Below, piece after piece: positions 45,325-59,346 of a DNA stretch of 64,000 nucleotides (the stretch's first letter is position 1; every line of letters starts with the position of its first letter). Made by a program: the position numbers and the translations under genes. The stretch spans positions 661,812 to 725,811 of the forward strand of contig VJWM01000134.1 of NCBI GenBank assembly GCA_010909165.1. The letters are read 5' to 3'. This stretch comes from Anthoceros angustus (taxonomy: Eukaryota > Plantae > Anthocerotophyta). The notes beneath the pieces were generated by a model. It did not search any database. It worked only from the letters and a program-made list of their open reading frames with translations, and was not told the DNA's origin.

Positions 45325-48300
45325 TGTGGCGGGACTTTGCGATGGCGGTAGGCCGCACAATCCGTGTCGTTGTAGGAAGAAGTCCGTTCCCAAGGGAATG
45401 ATAGGCCCGACGCGTTCGTGATTCTACCGTCTTAGCGCCTGCTCGCCTCAACACACACATACTCCTAACTACTCACAACGCGTTCAGACAGTCTGAGTAT
45501 GGCCAAACGTTTAAGGACGTCTTCAGACGTCACATACATCCTCACGCATCATCCTTTCCTCTCTCCTCTCACGCTACACTCTTGCCTTAGAAAAGACGCT
45601 GGTTACGCAGGACCTCCTCCGCTGCCGGGCCTCCGTCCGGCTCTACACGCCTCCGAGTTCCTCCGGCTCACGCTCCAAATTGCTCGGTGCGCTCCCAGCA
45701 CGGGTCACCGTCACCCTTCCCGCACACACCACAACGCGTTAAGTCCGTCACGGGACCTTGATCAATCTCCCCGGAGCTGTCGTGCCTGCTCAGTGACTCA
45801 GGACTCACGTTAGCAAGAAGACTCACAAAGGTCTGCAAGAACGCGGCATCAACACCAAGAGAAAGATGCTTTACTAGAGCATCCTCACCCCTCTTATATG
45901 CGCCCAAGGTGGCGTCTTATTACACCCCTATTCGAGTGATAGCCACCGGTATACCTAATCGGCCGCCTACCTATATCCCCTATCTCCTTCACAGGGAAGG
46001 TCTGGGCCCCCGGAATGGGTGGTCCAATCCCGTCCCGACAGCTTGTGGTGCACCCAATCGGATGATCCGTGAGGCGGGCCCTCCTCTCCCGGAATCCTGG
46101 TTGCTCGGCCCGACAACCGCGTTACGACGTCATCCTCCTCCCCTCCCTCGGGTCCTTCGCCGGGGCCACCACTATCGGCTCCCCTAGCGTAAGTCGGGGG
46201 CTCCTCCTCATCGCCGCAGCCCGGTCCTCGAGGTCTGTCTCGACTCCCGAACTCGTGGAGTCCGGCTTATTTCGGTCCACCGGCCAGGTCCGACCTTGTC
46301 GGGTCCGGACCGTGGTCCGACTTATCGGGTCCGGACTTGGTCCGGACTTATTACCGAGGTCCGGACTTGGTCCGGCCTCCTCCGGGGTCCGGACAAGTCC
46401 GACTCACGCCCACCCGGTTTCCTCCTCACGGACTCCTCCGTGGCTCTCCTCAAGTCCTCCGCTCCCGATCGCCCAAGTGACTCCTTGGCCCTCCTTCCAT
46501 GGTGAGGTGCGGTGCTTACCTCGCCGTCGCATCCGCCTCCTCGTTTCGCTCCTCCTGCTCCTCTCCGCCGCTCCGTCATCTCAAACAGGGCCACTAGGGT
46601 CCTGGCCCCGTGGCCTTCATCTCCTTCCCTTCCAGGGTCCGTCTGTTGGCCCGAGAGGCTTCTACGCCTTGAGCTCGGCGTAATAGGCAAAGTCCGAATC
46701 GACTTGTTGAATTGCCTCTTCCACGTGTGCCCGAGCACCGATACTCCCTCCGCCATAAGTGTTCCGGAGGGGTCTGCGGCTTGTTGGGCGCCACCTCTGC
46801 CACGGTTGGAGTGGTCAGTATCACGCGAGGCTACAAGGCGGCCTCGGTCACCTCCCTGCGCCTGCACTTGCCCCGCCCAGCTCCGTGCTTCCTTCCATTG
46901 CCACTTACCCGCCATAGCGCGTTCCCTTCCGCCTTTCTCATGGACCAGCAGCTTCTTCTCGCCTCCGGCTCGCGCGCCCTCCGTTCATTCGGCCTTAGCC
47001 CGCCACCTCCTCTCCAGCGGTCGACCTCCGTCCGACTCGGACTTCCTCCAGCCTCCTTCCAGAGCGGCAACGCCCAACTCCTTGGATAGTCGCCGATTTT
47101 CCTCCGTCTTGACGGAGCCGAGGCACTGTTTCGCTTTCGAAGTCGTGGATTCTCGTTGAGAATCACCGCCGCTCCGACGCATCTTGGAGTTGTAGCTCAG
47201 TGTGTCCTTGCTGCCCTCCATCTGCCGCCGCCTCCTTCTACCTCCTGCACTGCATTTCTGAGATCCCCTATCTCCCGAGCCTGCACTCCATAGCACTGCG
47301 GCGGCCTTCGAGTTAGCCTCACTACGACTCTCTCCACCGGTTCCCGATCACGTGTAGTGATCCTGCCGCTCTTGCCGCGGCTCACCTTCGCCGCCTTTAC
47401 TGGCCTCGCCCACTTGGCGCCGCTCTAGCCGGGCCCCGCCAGTCCGAGCTCTCTGCTTGTGCCCGGGCCTCTCCGCCTCGCTGCGCTTCCCCGCAGAAAG
47501 GTCCTCCGCCCGCTTGGCCTCTGAGCTTGTTTCACTGTGACAAAGAACCTTGGCCTTGGCCCGAACCGCCTGGGCCTCGCCGCCACCCGGCGTTCCCTTC
47601 CTCGATCCGAGAGGGACTCCGCCTTTCCTTTGCCCCTGGCCGCCTTCACTTGCTCTTGAGTTCCACCATCCTCCTCGGGTGGCCTCCACTTCCCGGGTCT
47701 TCTCCTGTACCAGAGACCCCAAAGCATTCCGCCCATGACGGTAGCGGACTCGCCGTGTTTCTTCCACGGCCAGTGAGGCCCCCACAAAGTCCGTGAGGAG
47801 CCGGCATTTCTCGGTCCGCCAAGGACCTCCATACCGCATCCGAGTAAGTCCGATGGGTTCTCGGACCTAATCAGGGACCCTCACCCGAGTGGTGAGGTCC
47901 GAGTCTCACCCTCTTGGCCCTCTTGGCCTCTAACTCCTTTGCCCCTCTTTCTCCCGGGGCTCGGAGGAGGTGAGGGGTCCGGAGCAAGCTCTTTTGCCCC
48001 TTCCCGCGGGACAGACTGCTCGGTGGGGCCTGACCTCCGCCTCCTTGGGCCACGCCCTTCGCCTCCCACGCCTCTTGACCTCTTGCCACTCAGGGTAAGG
48101 GCACCGCACCTTCCGAGGTGTCACAGGCGGCACCGCCTCTCCGCCTCGGCTCCCGCTGAGTTCGGGGCTCGCAGCCGTGGTTGTTGGTCGTGCCGGTGCG
48201 GAGCCGCCAACGCCTCCCGATCGCCTCCTCCGGCTACCGCCCGAGGGGGCACCAAAAGGAGGAAGGGGAATCGCCCAAACTTCCCTGGTGGTGGGGGGTT

Positions 48301-49610
48301 CGCCCACGTATGGAGTCCGGAATCCTCCCGTCGTCCTCCTCCCGAGTCCGCTTGGTCTTCGGGACGACCCCCACCTCGGCGCCCTTGCACGCCTACTCGG
48401 GGGCCTCCACCCCTTCCCGAGCTCAAGCTCTCCCTCCAGAGCTCGAAATGTCCCCATACATGAATCGTATGGGGTCACCGATGGCGGCTCGCCTTAGCTT
48501 GGCCTCGATCAACCGGCGAAGATAATCCTTCCCACCGCCTCTTCCGAGCGCATGCGGAATACCAGTTATCACCAAGGTGATCCACCTTGGTGAGCAGTTC
48601 CAATGGACAATGATCCGCCCTTACTCGACTCAGATCGGATATCAACCATCCGTTGGTTGTCCGCTGCGTTCTGTGCCTCAAGACGCCACTGGTGGCCCTA
48701 TCTTCCCTTCGCCTTAAGGGGCTCGCACCACGCCCCTTCTTCCTCCTTCGCGTAGGCCATCCTCGGGACCTCCAAGGTCCATCGGGTCCTCCGGAGGTTC
48801 TTGGATCGGACCTCCTTGTTGATCGCCAACATCTTCGGGCAAACTCCGGACTAGAGTGACGTTGTCAAAGGTCCAGACCATTTGGAACACGTCCAGATGC
48901 CACTCGCACCAATTCCCGCCTTCCTCCAGGGCCGAAGTCCGGATAGCGGTCACAATGTTGCGCTCCACGAGGGTCCATGGCTCCCAGATCCGGCTTTTGG
49001 GTGCCATTGCTTTCCTCCTCCTCTGTCAGTAGGCCGAGTCCGGCACGATGTTCCTCCTTCGCGCTGCTCCAACCTTGACGGTGCGCCACGCTTGGACTGG
49101 CGCCCAAAAGAGCGCCAGAGAGCCGGATTGCGGAGCGCAAGGCTGTGAGGATATCTGAGGTCGCGCAAATGACCTCCCTCCTTGGCGCTTGGAAGTAACG
49201 CTGGGCGGGCGCTGTCAATCGCTGTGGGTCCGCATGGCTTACTCGACCCCCACGCCCGCTTACTCGCCTTACGCCGCGCACCGCGGCGTGAATACTTATA
49301 ACGGCCCAAGGTTACTGGCCCATTGCATGCCCGACCTCCACTGGGGCCGCGCCGTCTGTCCTCACGCCTCCTCCTAGGTTACTCGTACTTATCCTATTTT
49401 GACTGGAGTGGGTTCCGGACTTATCTTACTCGGCGTAGTCCGGAGCTTGCCATAGTGGTACCGGGTCCGTTGTTCACTCAGTCCGGAGTATACTCCGAGC
49501 CTCGTCCAAGCGCTACCCCAATTTATTCCTCCTTTTCCGCCTTATTTATCCTTCAATCCTAAAAAAGCGAAACCCTACTTATTTTAACTCCCGAAAGTGC
49601 ATAGCCCACA
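45325..49610 (-). repeat. Gypsy LTR, middle copy (~4.29 kb)
   Basis: Flanked by the PBS on the left (45321) and the PPT on the right (49611-49622); TGTGG...CCACA termini. Confidence 0.9.
46200..49007 (-). CDS. LTR-internal coding region, copy 2 (fragmented)
   Basis: ORF 48714-49007 begins MAPKSRIWEPWTLVERN; the same downstream blocks as copy 1 follow. End approximate. Confidence 0.55.
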
Positions 49611-49639
49611 TACTCCCTTCTCATCTGCGCTCCGCCAAC

Positions 49640-52600
49640 ACTAATGATACTTCTTCACCCGCCACCCGTTACCCGAGTGGGCACTCTCCATCTACCGTCA
49701 GTGGACGGACCCGTTGTCATATACTTGCACCACTTGGTACGGACCCATCCATCTCGGTGAAGTTTGCGGAAAATGCATGTGACTATCATAAAGGAGGGCG
49801 TCCCTTCCTTTACATACTCGATTCATGCGATCGTGCCAAATCTTCACCTGGTTTTGCACCATCGCATCTTCACCGAGCTTCTCCTGTCTGACAAACCCCA
49901 AGAGTCGCTCGAGGGCTTTCCTCCTCCGCCTCCTTCCATCATTACTCGAAAAGTGGGCACTTCAAACTCCACGGCATTACGGAGAGTGTCCGTAGGTCAA
50001 GAAGCAGGTCCGTTGTGGTCACCTTCTGCTGTCCGAACGCCCACATGGATGGCTCGTATCATGGGCGTAGTTCAGTGTGAGTTTATTCAGGATCCCAGAT
50101 GAGCCCATTTGTCTTCTCCACCATTGGCCTTAGGATTGTAGGGTCTTCATGATGATTGATGCCGAAATACTCCGTCATGGCCACCACATCATTAAGGAAA
50201 TGGGTTCCCCTATCACTTACCAAGCGGACATCCGCATCTATGATGTTCTCGCAGAATTTGGCCACGATTTTGGAGTCCGTTCTTGTCGCCACCGCCTCTA
50301 CCCACAGTGCGAGTCCGCTGCCACCGGGATGTATCTCCTTTGTGTGTGTCTTGTCGAGGTCATAGGTCCAACAAAGTCAATACCCCACTTTTCGAAGGTG
50401 CGGTGCCAATATCGGTACTAGCGGCCACCGTGTCGTCGGGGTTGGCTTTCCGATCCGACAAGCATCACACTTCTAAACCGGGTGGGTGTCCCCATACATT
50501 GTTGGCCACCGATCCGCTTCAAAATCTTTTGGTGGTGACTGCTGCGTAGTGTCCTCCCCCAATCCTTCGTGCATTCCTCGACGACGCCTGCCTCGCCGGC
50601 CAAGTACCTTCGCTCTACTCCGCCCTAATTTGAACACACCCGTTGTACATTACGAAGGGTCGAGCATAGTGCACGAATGCCTCCCTCCGTCCACGAGTCG
50701 ATTTGGAAGCTCCATTCCCAGGTACCGCTCTATTTCTTCAGAGGGTCGGACGACCGCGAGCCCTCCCTTCTCCGCCGCTCGCTAAGGCTGCCGTAGCTTG
50801 GGGGTCGGTGGGCCTCCGGTTGTACTTTACCGGCAACCAATGTCTCATCCGGAACGCATCTTCACGATCTCTCAACACCGCCTGTTTTCAATCGTGACAG
50901 AAATCGCTTTGGTGCTGCCTCCCTTGTCTTGTTTCCACTTGAACGTGAACTCCTGCAACAATATCCACCTTGCTATCCGTCCGGACAGTCCGCCTTTATT
51001 CACCGGATGCTTGCAAAGTGGTCTACATAGAACACAAACTCACCGGGTAGTAGTAGTGTCGAATTTCTTGATATATATACCCGGTGCTTGGCCTCTGTAG
51101 TTGTGTATTTTCGTTCAGCGTGGTGAGCTGTCGTCCAGTATACGGGATAATCCGCTTGTCGCCCTTCCGGCTCGACTACTCCGATAGCAAAAGCGGACAC
51201 ATCTACATACACATGAAATTTCTGCTCGATCCGGTCCTCTTAGAACTGCGGCGCTTACCAAGGTGTTCTCAGAATCAAAGGCCTCCTCTCGCTCGTGACC
51301 GGTCCAAACCTCCTCCTTCCGCAGAGTTCAACTTAGCCGCTCTTCGCAAAGTCCTTAATAAACCGCGGTAGTATCCCACCATTCCTGTGAAACCTCTCCT
51401 CCTTTAGGTTCGTCCTGGAGAGCTGGATGACCGGACCTTGTCTGGTCCACCTCGACCCCCGCCGACACCCGATGTCCCACAAGATTCCCTCCGTCATTCC
51501 AAAGTAGCATTTCTCGGGTGTAGGCTCAATTGAGTCTCCGGCGCTCAAGCACCTTCTTAGATGCCCAAGGTGTTTGTCCTGCTCCCCATGCACACAAAAA
51601 TCATCCAGAATATCTCCATGAAGTCCCTCGGAAGTCACAAGACGTTGGTCACCATACGCATGAACGACCACGCCCGGTCATCCCAAAGGCACTTCTCTTG
51701 TAGGCAAACGTACCCACTCCGTAGTGAAGGTCGTCTTGTCCCCCCGACTCCCTTAGGTGCAATTGGTTATATCCGGAGTAGCCATCCAGGAAGGAGTAAG
51801 TAGTCCGTCCACCCACCTTGTCCAAAATGTCGTCACGAATGGCATCGGAAGTGGTCCTTCTCCGTGTTGAGCTTCCTCCAATCTTGGCATACCCGAATTT
51901 GTCTGGCTGTTTCTTGGGAACCACCACAATCGGCCGACCCACTGTGACGATGGGAAAATGATGTCCGCCTGTACTTATCAAGGACCTCCTTCACCTTGAT
52001 CGAATACTTGGGGTTGAGCTTGTATTGTCGGATTCGATGGCACCGCTCCCGGCTTCAAATCGATCTTATGCTCTCCCACTTCTTGAATGCCCTTCATGTC
52101 CGTGACCTTGAAGGCGAACACCTCAAAACTCCCCAGTGCTTTAGTCCTTCCTTCAGTCCGGAGGCATGCCTTTCTTAAACTTGTGAATTTGGCCGGACCT
52201 CCACTTCTTCCACGCCGTCCGGGTTCACTGCCTCCCTGCTCCTCCGGCCCAAACCCTCGTCCTCCTCTCGGGATCGTCCTCGCATCCCCATTCTCTCAAG
52301 AGCTCGGAGGTGAATCGTGTTACTCCTTCGATGTCCGCTTTTCCTTGGTCCGACTCTTCACTGCCTCCCTTGGTCCGACCTCCTCTTCACTTCCTTCCTC
52401 CAGCCCGTTGTGGCGTTTACTCGAAAACAATCAACCACTTCCGCACCAAAGGCATCCACGAGTCCATCTCCTCCTCGGACCGGATCTTGGCGAAAGGTAC
52501 GCCTCCTCGGAACTATCTTGTTCGTGTGGAGTCCTCCACGAGGTATACCCTTCCAGTGTGCTCACGCTTTTCCCACAATAGGTGTCCTTGCTCCGGTGAT

Positions 52601-54799
52601 AGCAACCCTCCCTTCTCGCACCTTAGGGTCCCACCACCGGCTTGAAGTGAATCTCCTTCCTTCCAAAGTGTAGCTGCAGGCCAACACCATGGCCGCCCCA
52701 AAGAACACCTCATACCCTAATGGTCCGGCCGGTTTGATCACAACAAAATCTTTGTAGGGTGCGGCTATGGTGGCCAAGACTTAACTCCCCTCCGGATCTC
52801 TTCTTGACATGTCCGCCATTCTCGAGTCTTCGTTGAGGGTTCAAGGATGTGAAGCCCACCGTGCCGTGGCGTGATGAGGTTGACTCGGACCCGTGTCCAA
52901 CGGTACATCCTTGATGATACATCGAAATCTCCACTTGTACCATCGGGCGCCTGGGTCCGTATGGGACACCACCCTCACTTCCACTGCTACCTTCCCGGCT
53001 TTGGTGCTCCGAGGCTGGGTTTCCTAACGGCCCGACGGACCTCTTGCCGTATTTGGGTTATCCCTCGTCGAAAGGACACAAGGTGCTGATTCATCATCGT
53101 CCGCCACATTAAAGGGGGAGAGGCTTCTACCCCAATCGAGGATCCTCGGCCTCATCCTCTCCCGGTCACTGTGTTCGGTATTCTCCGGATGCTTGCATTT
53201 CCTCTGCAACATCTCACCTCCTGACCACGTCCGGTGGAAATCGTGCGGCCGGAGGCACCGTCCTTCTCTCCCCTGCACGGAGAACTTCCTTCGGTAATCC
53301 TCCCAGAGGCTGCCGTCCCTCCTTCACGGATCCTCTCGGTATTTCCGTTTGATTGCCTTCCTCGTCCGTGACGCTTCTCCTTGTTCTTCTTCAATGGCGC
53401 CTTTCTCGTCGCTCCTTCCTTCGGCCACGAGTAGACACCTCAAGATTTCCACGCCCGACTCCCTTCCTTCGACACCCCCACCTTCTTGTTCTTTTCCATC
53501 TCGCACTGGGAATCTCTTCCCACTCCGCCAATCGAGCATCTTCGACTTGCCGCAGTCCTTAGGAGGTGGCGTGGTGGTTCTCCGCTTGGTGTGGCATATC
53601 GCATCCCCTTGCGGGGTTGGGACATAGCGATCGTCATATGCCCACCGCTTGCGCCGCCACACTCCGAAGTCCCCATTACCACCTCTGGGTACAGGACACG
53701 CGTTGGAGTAATGGCGGATTCCGTTCCAGCACCACGGCCGTGGAGGATACGAAGGGCTCCCATGCCGCATCGGTGGGGCCCGTTGACGGACCTCCTTGGC
53801 GGATACATGGTTTTGGGATATCGCGCCCGGAGGGGCTTCTGACTGATAGGCCTCTTCCCATTGCTCCTCGGCCTCCTCCTCGTATTCGTAGTCCACTTGA
53901 TGCACCGGCCTTGAGGCGGTTGGATTTCGAATGGCCGTGTCTGGCACACACACCAGATGCTCGCACCGTAGTCGGTGTTTTCCGCCGCTCGGTCCTTAAC
54001 CCGGTTTATCGCTGTCCTCTACTCTCTTTATCACTTTTCCAGTCCTCCCAGACACTGCCACCTCCTTTGAGGAGTCGGGTCCGTGGAGCTTCTCGGACGG
54101 TCACCACCTCCTTCTTACCCCGCTTCTTTTAGCCGGGCCTTGCTCTTCTTCTTGGGATACTCTTCCTCGCTAGAGACCTCCGTCTCTTCTTGGACGACTG
54201 CTCCTCCTCAAGACACCTCCGATTGGTCTTCCTCCTCCTCTCAAGACTCTTCCTCCTGAGTCCGAACCCCGCTTTCTTCTTCTTCTTGCCTCCTTGAGCG
54301 GATTTCTTTATCCTCGATGTAGCGATTCCTCGTAGTTTTCGCCGCTCGACCGCCTTGCCCACGTCCTTCTCGGCTAGCGGGACGTGCCATGGGTTTGGCT
54401 AGACCGGCCGAACCACCGCACTTGCATCGTGGTATGGGTTGGATGCCGATCCTCGGGGCATAGAACCGCTCGATGTACGAGCCTCCTTCTTCCCTCGCTT
54501 GATTTTCCAACTTTGATAATACATACCCCTCCCGGTCGATCCTCGAAACCGTTCTAAGAAGGCATTTTCAAAGCTTCAAACGAGGCGGGTGGGGCATTCT
54601 CCTGGTCGGTACTTTCTCCGATACCATTGAGCTGTCCTCGGAGAACCCCTTGGAAAAGCTGGATGAGTCGCGCCGCCTCCCTCTCCGTTGAAGTTGGCTT
54701 TGGACACGAAGTCCTCCACAAAGGTCTCGCATCCCGCTCCTTCTTCCCTCCGAATATGGAGTACGCTTGTTTGGTCGAGGTAGGGGCCATGGCTGCCAT
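49640..54799 (-). pseudogene. Gypsy gag-pol, internal domain 2 (frameshifted as assembled)
   Basis: Colinear with 39880-45060; YSFLDGYSGYNQL, YVDVSAFAIGVV, LVSDRGTHFLND, RWMGPYQVVQVYDNG. Confidence 0.92.
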
Positions 54800-55027
54800 C
54801 AAGGCGTGGTCCTACCTTCTTCCATGCCCCTCGCCCGTACTGCCTTGGTCCGACAATTCGACCACGTTCTCCCTCCTCGATCGACGGCTCTCGTTGGACG
54901 CCTCTCTCTCTCTCGGAGAGCAGAGGTGACCACGTCCGATCCTCCCGACGGTTCACTCTTGACCGCCGCCCACGCATTCACTTACCTTCTCTTCCTAAGG
55001 ACGCACTTTGCGCACCACGACGATTTC

Positions 55028-55043
55028 ATTCCCGCAACGGCCA
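55028..55043 (-). other. PBS, tRNA-Asp-like
   Basis: Minus strand CA-TTT-TGGCCGTTGCGGGAAT. Confidence 0.72.
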
Positions 55044-55046
55044 AAA

Positions 55047-58000
55047 TGTGGCGGACTTCGATGGCGAGCGCGCACAATCCGTGTCGTTGTAGGAAGAAGT
55101 CCGTTCCCAAGGGAATGATAGGCCCGCTGCACGCTTTTGTGTGATTCTACCGCCCTTAGCGCTCGTTCGCCTCACACACACATACTCCTAACTACTCACA
55201 ACGCACGTGACAGCGTATGGCTAAACGCGTTAAGGACGCTCGTCTCAGATCGCTCACATACATCCTTCACGCATCCCCTTTCCTCTCTCACGCTACACTC
55301 GCCTTAGAAAGACGCGGTTACGCACCCGGACCTCCTCGTTCGCGGGCCTCCGTCCGGCTCTACACCTCCGGAGTTCCTCCGGCTCACGCTCCAGCTTCGG
55401 ACCGCGGCTCGGACGAGCACGGATCACCGTCACCCTTCCCCGCACACCACAACGCTTAAGTCCGTCACGGGACCTTGATCAATCTCCGGGCTCGTGCTCG
55501 CCTGACTCGTGACTCACGTTAGCAAGAAGACTCACAAAGGTGCAAGAACGCGCATCAACACCAAGAGAAAGATGCTTTACTAGAGCCTCCCTCTTATCTG
55601 CGCCCAAGGCGCTTTATTACACCCCTATTCGATGATAGCCACTCGGTATACCCTAATCGGCCTACCATATCCCCTATCTCCTTCGACTGTGGTGGAAGGT
55701 CCTGGCCCCGCCTGGGAATGGGTGGTCCAATCCCCGCCCCGAGTGGTGCACCCAATCGGATGATCCGTGAGGCGGGCCTCTCCTCTCTGTCACATCGGCG
55801 GTCTGACAACCGCCGTTACCACGACGTCATCCTCCCCTGGCCCCTCCCTGGGTCCTTCGCCGGTGGGGCCACCAGCTATCGGCTCCCCTAGCGTAAGTCG
55901 AAGGGGGCTCCTCCTCGCGCGGCCCCTCGAGGTCTGTCTCCCCACCGAACTCGTGAGTCCGGCTTATTTCCTGGGTCCGGCCGGCTAGGTCCGACCTTGT
56001 CTCTGGGGTCCGGACCTCAGGGTCCGGATGACACGGGGTCCGGACTGTGGTCCGGACTTACACGAGGTCCGGACTTGTGGTCCGGCCTCCGGGTCCGACA
56101 AAGTCCGGACTCACGCCCACCCGGTTTCCTCCTCACGGACTCCTCCGTGGCTCTCCTCAAGTCCCGATCGCAAGTGACTCCTTCGTTGGCCCCTCCTTCC
56201 ATGGTGAGGTGGTTACCTCCGCATCCGCCGCCTCGCTTCGCCTCCTCCGGTTGCTCCTCCGCCCGCTCCGTCATCTCAAACAGGGCCACTAGGGTCCTGT
56301 CCCGTGGCCTTCATCTCCTTCGAGCCTTCCAGGGTCCGTCTGCTTGCGCCGAGAGGCTTCTACCCGGGAGCTCGTGGTAATAGGCAAAGTCCGAATCGAC
56401 TTGTTGAATTGCCTCTTCCACGTGTGCGGAGCACCCGATACTCCCTCCGCCATAAGTGTTCGGAGGGCGTGCCGGCTTGTTGGGCCACCTCTCCCGCGAT
56501 TTGACACCGAGCCGGTGACGCGAGGCTACAAGGGCGGCCTCACACCTCGTACCGCCACTGTTCACCGCCCGCCCGCTCCTTCCATCGCCACCACCATATA
56601 GCGCAGCTTCCCTTCCGCCTTTCTCACCGGACCAGCTTCTTTCGCTTCCGGCTCGCGCTCCTCCGCTTCATTCGGCCTTTAGCCCGCCCTCCTCCAGCGG
56701 TCGGATACCTCGTCCGACTCGGACTTCCTCCAGCTCAGAGCTGGCAACGCCCAACTCCTTGGATAGTCGCCGATTTTCCTCCGTCTTGACGGAGCCGAGG
56801 CACTCTTCGTGCTCGAAGTCGTGGATTCTCTCGTTGAGAATCACCGCCGCTCCGACGCATCTTGGAGTTGTAGCTCCAGTGTCCTCTCATCCTCCATCTC
56901 GCCTTCTACCTCCCCTGCTTGCTCGGAGATCCCTATCTCCCGAGTGCCGGCCCTTGCTGCCTCCATAGCTGCGCCTCGAGTTAGCCTCGGCCGCTCTGAC
57001 TCTCTCCACCGGCCCGATCACGTCAGAGTGATCCGCCGCTCTCTTGCGGCTTCCGACTCCTTCGCGCCTCTCGCCCACTTGGCGCCGCCTAGCCGCCTCC
57101 GCCAGTCCCGAGCTCTCTCGCCCGGCCTCCGCCTCCGCCGCGCTTCCCCTCGCAAAGGTCCTCCGGCTTGGGCCTCCTGAGCTTGTTTTGCTCAGACATT
57201 GAAGAACCTTCCCCTGAACGCCTCCGCTCGCCACCCGGCTTTCCTTCCTCGATCCGAGCGAGGGACTCCGCCTTTCCTTTGCCCCTCCGCCTTCACTTGC
57301 TCTTGAGTTCCACCATCCTCCGGGTGGCCTCCACTTCGGGTCTTCTCATTGCACTACACGAGACCCCAAAGCATTCCGTCCATGACGGTAGCTGTGGACT
57401 CGCCGTGTTTCTTCCACGGCCAGTGAGGCCCCCACAAAGTCCGTAGTGAGCCGGCATTTCTTCCGCCAAGGACCTCCATACCGCAGTCCGAGTAAGTCCT
57501 GGGTTCTCGGACCTAATCAGGGACCCTCGGGTCCCGAGTGGTGAGGTCCGAGTCTCACCCTCTTGGCCCTCTTGGCCTCTAACCTTTTTGTGCCCTCTTT
57601 CTCTGGGGCTCGGAGGAGGTGAGGGGTCCGGAGCAAGCTCTTTTGCCCCTTCTGGGAGGGGACTGGCTGGGCCGCTGACCTCCCCGCCTTGGGCCACGCC
57701 CTTTCTCGCCAGCCCTACCGCCGGCCTGTTGCCTCGCCCCGGCCGAGTTCGCCGGCCCGCAGCCTGCCGTTGTTGGCCGTTGTTCTCCGGCCGTGAGCCG
57801 CCAACGCCCGACGCCTCCCTCCTGCCGGGCCTCCCGAGGGGGCACCAAAAGGAGGAAGGGGAATCGCCCAAACTTCGGTGGTGGTGAGGGGTTCGCTCAC
57901 GATGGAGTCCGAATCCTCCCGCCCCTCCTCCCGAGTCCGCTTGGTCAAGGACGACCCCCACCTCGGCGCCTTGCACGCCTACTGGGGGCCTCCCGAGCGC

Positions 58001-59237
58001 CTCAAGCTCTCCCTCCTTCAGAGCTCGAAATGTCCCCATACATGAATCGTGTATGGGTCACCGATGGCGAGGCTTCGCTCCTTAGCTTGCGCCTCCCGAT
58101 CAACCGGCGAAGATAATCCTTCCCATCCGCTCTTCCCACCGAGCGCATGCGTGAATACCATCAGGTTATCACCAAGGTGATCCACCTTGGTGAGCGTGTT
58201 CCAATGGACAATGATCCGGGCTACCGCCCTTACTCGACCGGCCCATCGGATATCAACCATCCGTTGGTTGTCCGCTGCCTGTGCCCTCGACGCTGGCCGG
58301 CCCTATCTTCCCTTCGCCTTAAGGGCCTGCACCACGCCCCTTCTTCCTCCTTGGTTGTAGGCCATCCTCGGACCTCCAAGGTCCATCGCCTCGGGTCCTC
58401 CCGGAGGTTCTTGGATCGGACCTCCTTGTTGAGCCACATCTTCCGGGCAAACTCCGGACTAGAGTGACGTTGTCAAAGGTCGAGACCATTTGGAACACGT
58501 CCAGATGCCACTCGCACCAATTCCCTGCTTCCGGCCAGGGCAAGTCCGGATAGCGCGGGTCACAATTGCGCTCCACGAGGGTCCATGGCTCCCAGACTCC
58601 GCCGGCTTTTGGGTGCCATTGCTTTCCTCCTCTTGTTCGTAGCTGGCCGAGTCCGGCACGATGTTCCTCCTTCGCGCGTCGCTCCAACCTTGACGGTGCG
58701 CCACGCCGATCGGCGCCAAAAGATAGCCAGAGAGCCGGATTGGAGCGCAAGGGACTGTGAGGATTGTCGAGGCAGCGAAATGACCTCCTCCTTGGCCGCG
58801 AAAGTAACTGGGCGGAAGGCGCCTCGTTGAATCGCTGTGGGTCCGTGCATGGCTTACTCGACCACGCCCGCTTACTGCCTTACGCGCGGCGCCATGGGCG
58901 TGAATACCGCTATAACGGCCTGCAAGGTTACGGCCCGCCTCCGCATGCCCGACCTCCACTCGGCCGCCCACGTGGCGCCGCCCGTCCTCACGCCTCTCCT
59001 AGGTTACTTTCGGCGTATTTATCCTATTTTGACTGGAGTGGGTTCCGGACTTATCCTACTGGCGTAGTCCGAGCTTGCCATAGTGGTACCGGGGTCCGTT
59101 GTTCACTCCAGTCCGGAGTATACTCCGAGCCTCGTCCAAGCGCTACCCCAATTTATTCCTCCTTTTCCGCCTTTATTTATCCTTCAATCCTAAAAAAACC
59201 CTACTTATCTTAACTCCTGTGAAGTGCATAGCCCACA
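55047..59237 (-). repeat. Gypsy LTR, right (5') copy (~4.19 kb)
   Basis: Homology to the other copies stops right after GTGCATAGCCCACA at 59237, the same base at which the other LTR copies meet the PPT. Confidence 0.9.
55900..58619 (-). CDS. LTR-internal coding region, copy 3 (fragmented)
   Basis: ATG at 58619; the same peptide blocks as copies 1 and 2. End approximate. Confidence 0.55.
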
Positions 59238-59346
59238 CCGCCACGTGTACCACGCGCTGGGCCGTGGATACTGATGCTCGACCGCAACACGGAGTGCCAT
59301 GCATAATGAAAAGTGAGCATGCTGTAATCCGCAAAGGCGCTATGCG

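Larger units (their letters stand above)
35576..59237 (-). mobile_element. Tandem Ty3/gypsy array LTR-I-LTR-I-LTR, non-chromovirus (Athila/Tat-like group)
   Basis: ~9.7-kb periodicity; order gag-PR-RT-RH-IN on the minus strand; Asp-type PBS; PPT; the array starts and ends exactly at TG/CA LTR termini; no chromodomain after the integrase. Confidence 0.93.

Noticed and set aside
45891-45900. TATA box defining the U3/R boundary of the giant LTR
   Set aside because: ATATAAG is present only in the middle copy; the other two read AGATAAG. U3/R/U5 limits cannot be set from this sequence.
35700-59200. Numerous plus-strand ORFs within the gypsy array
   Set aside because: Antisense shadows of GC-rich minus-strand coding sequence; not consistent between copies.
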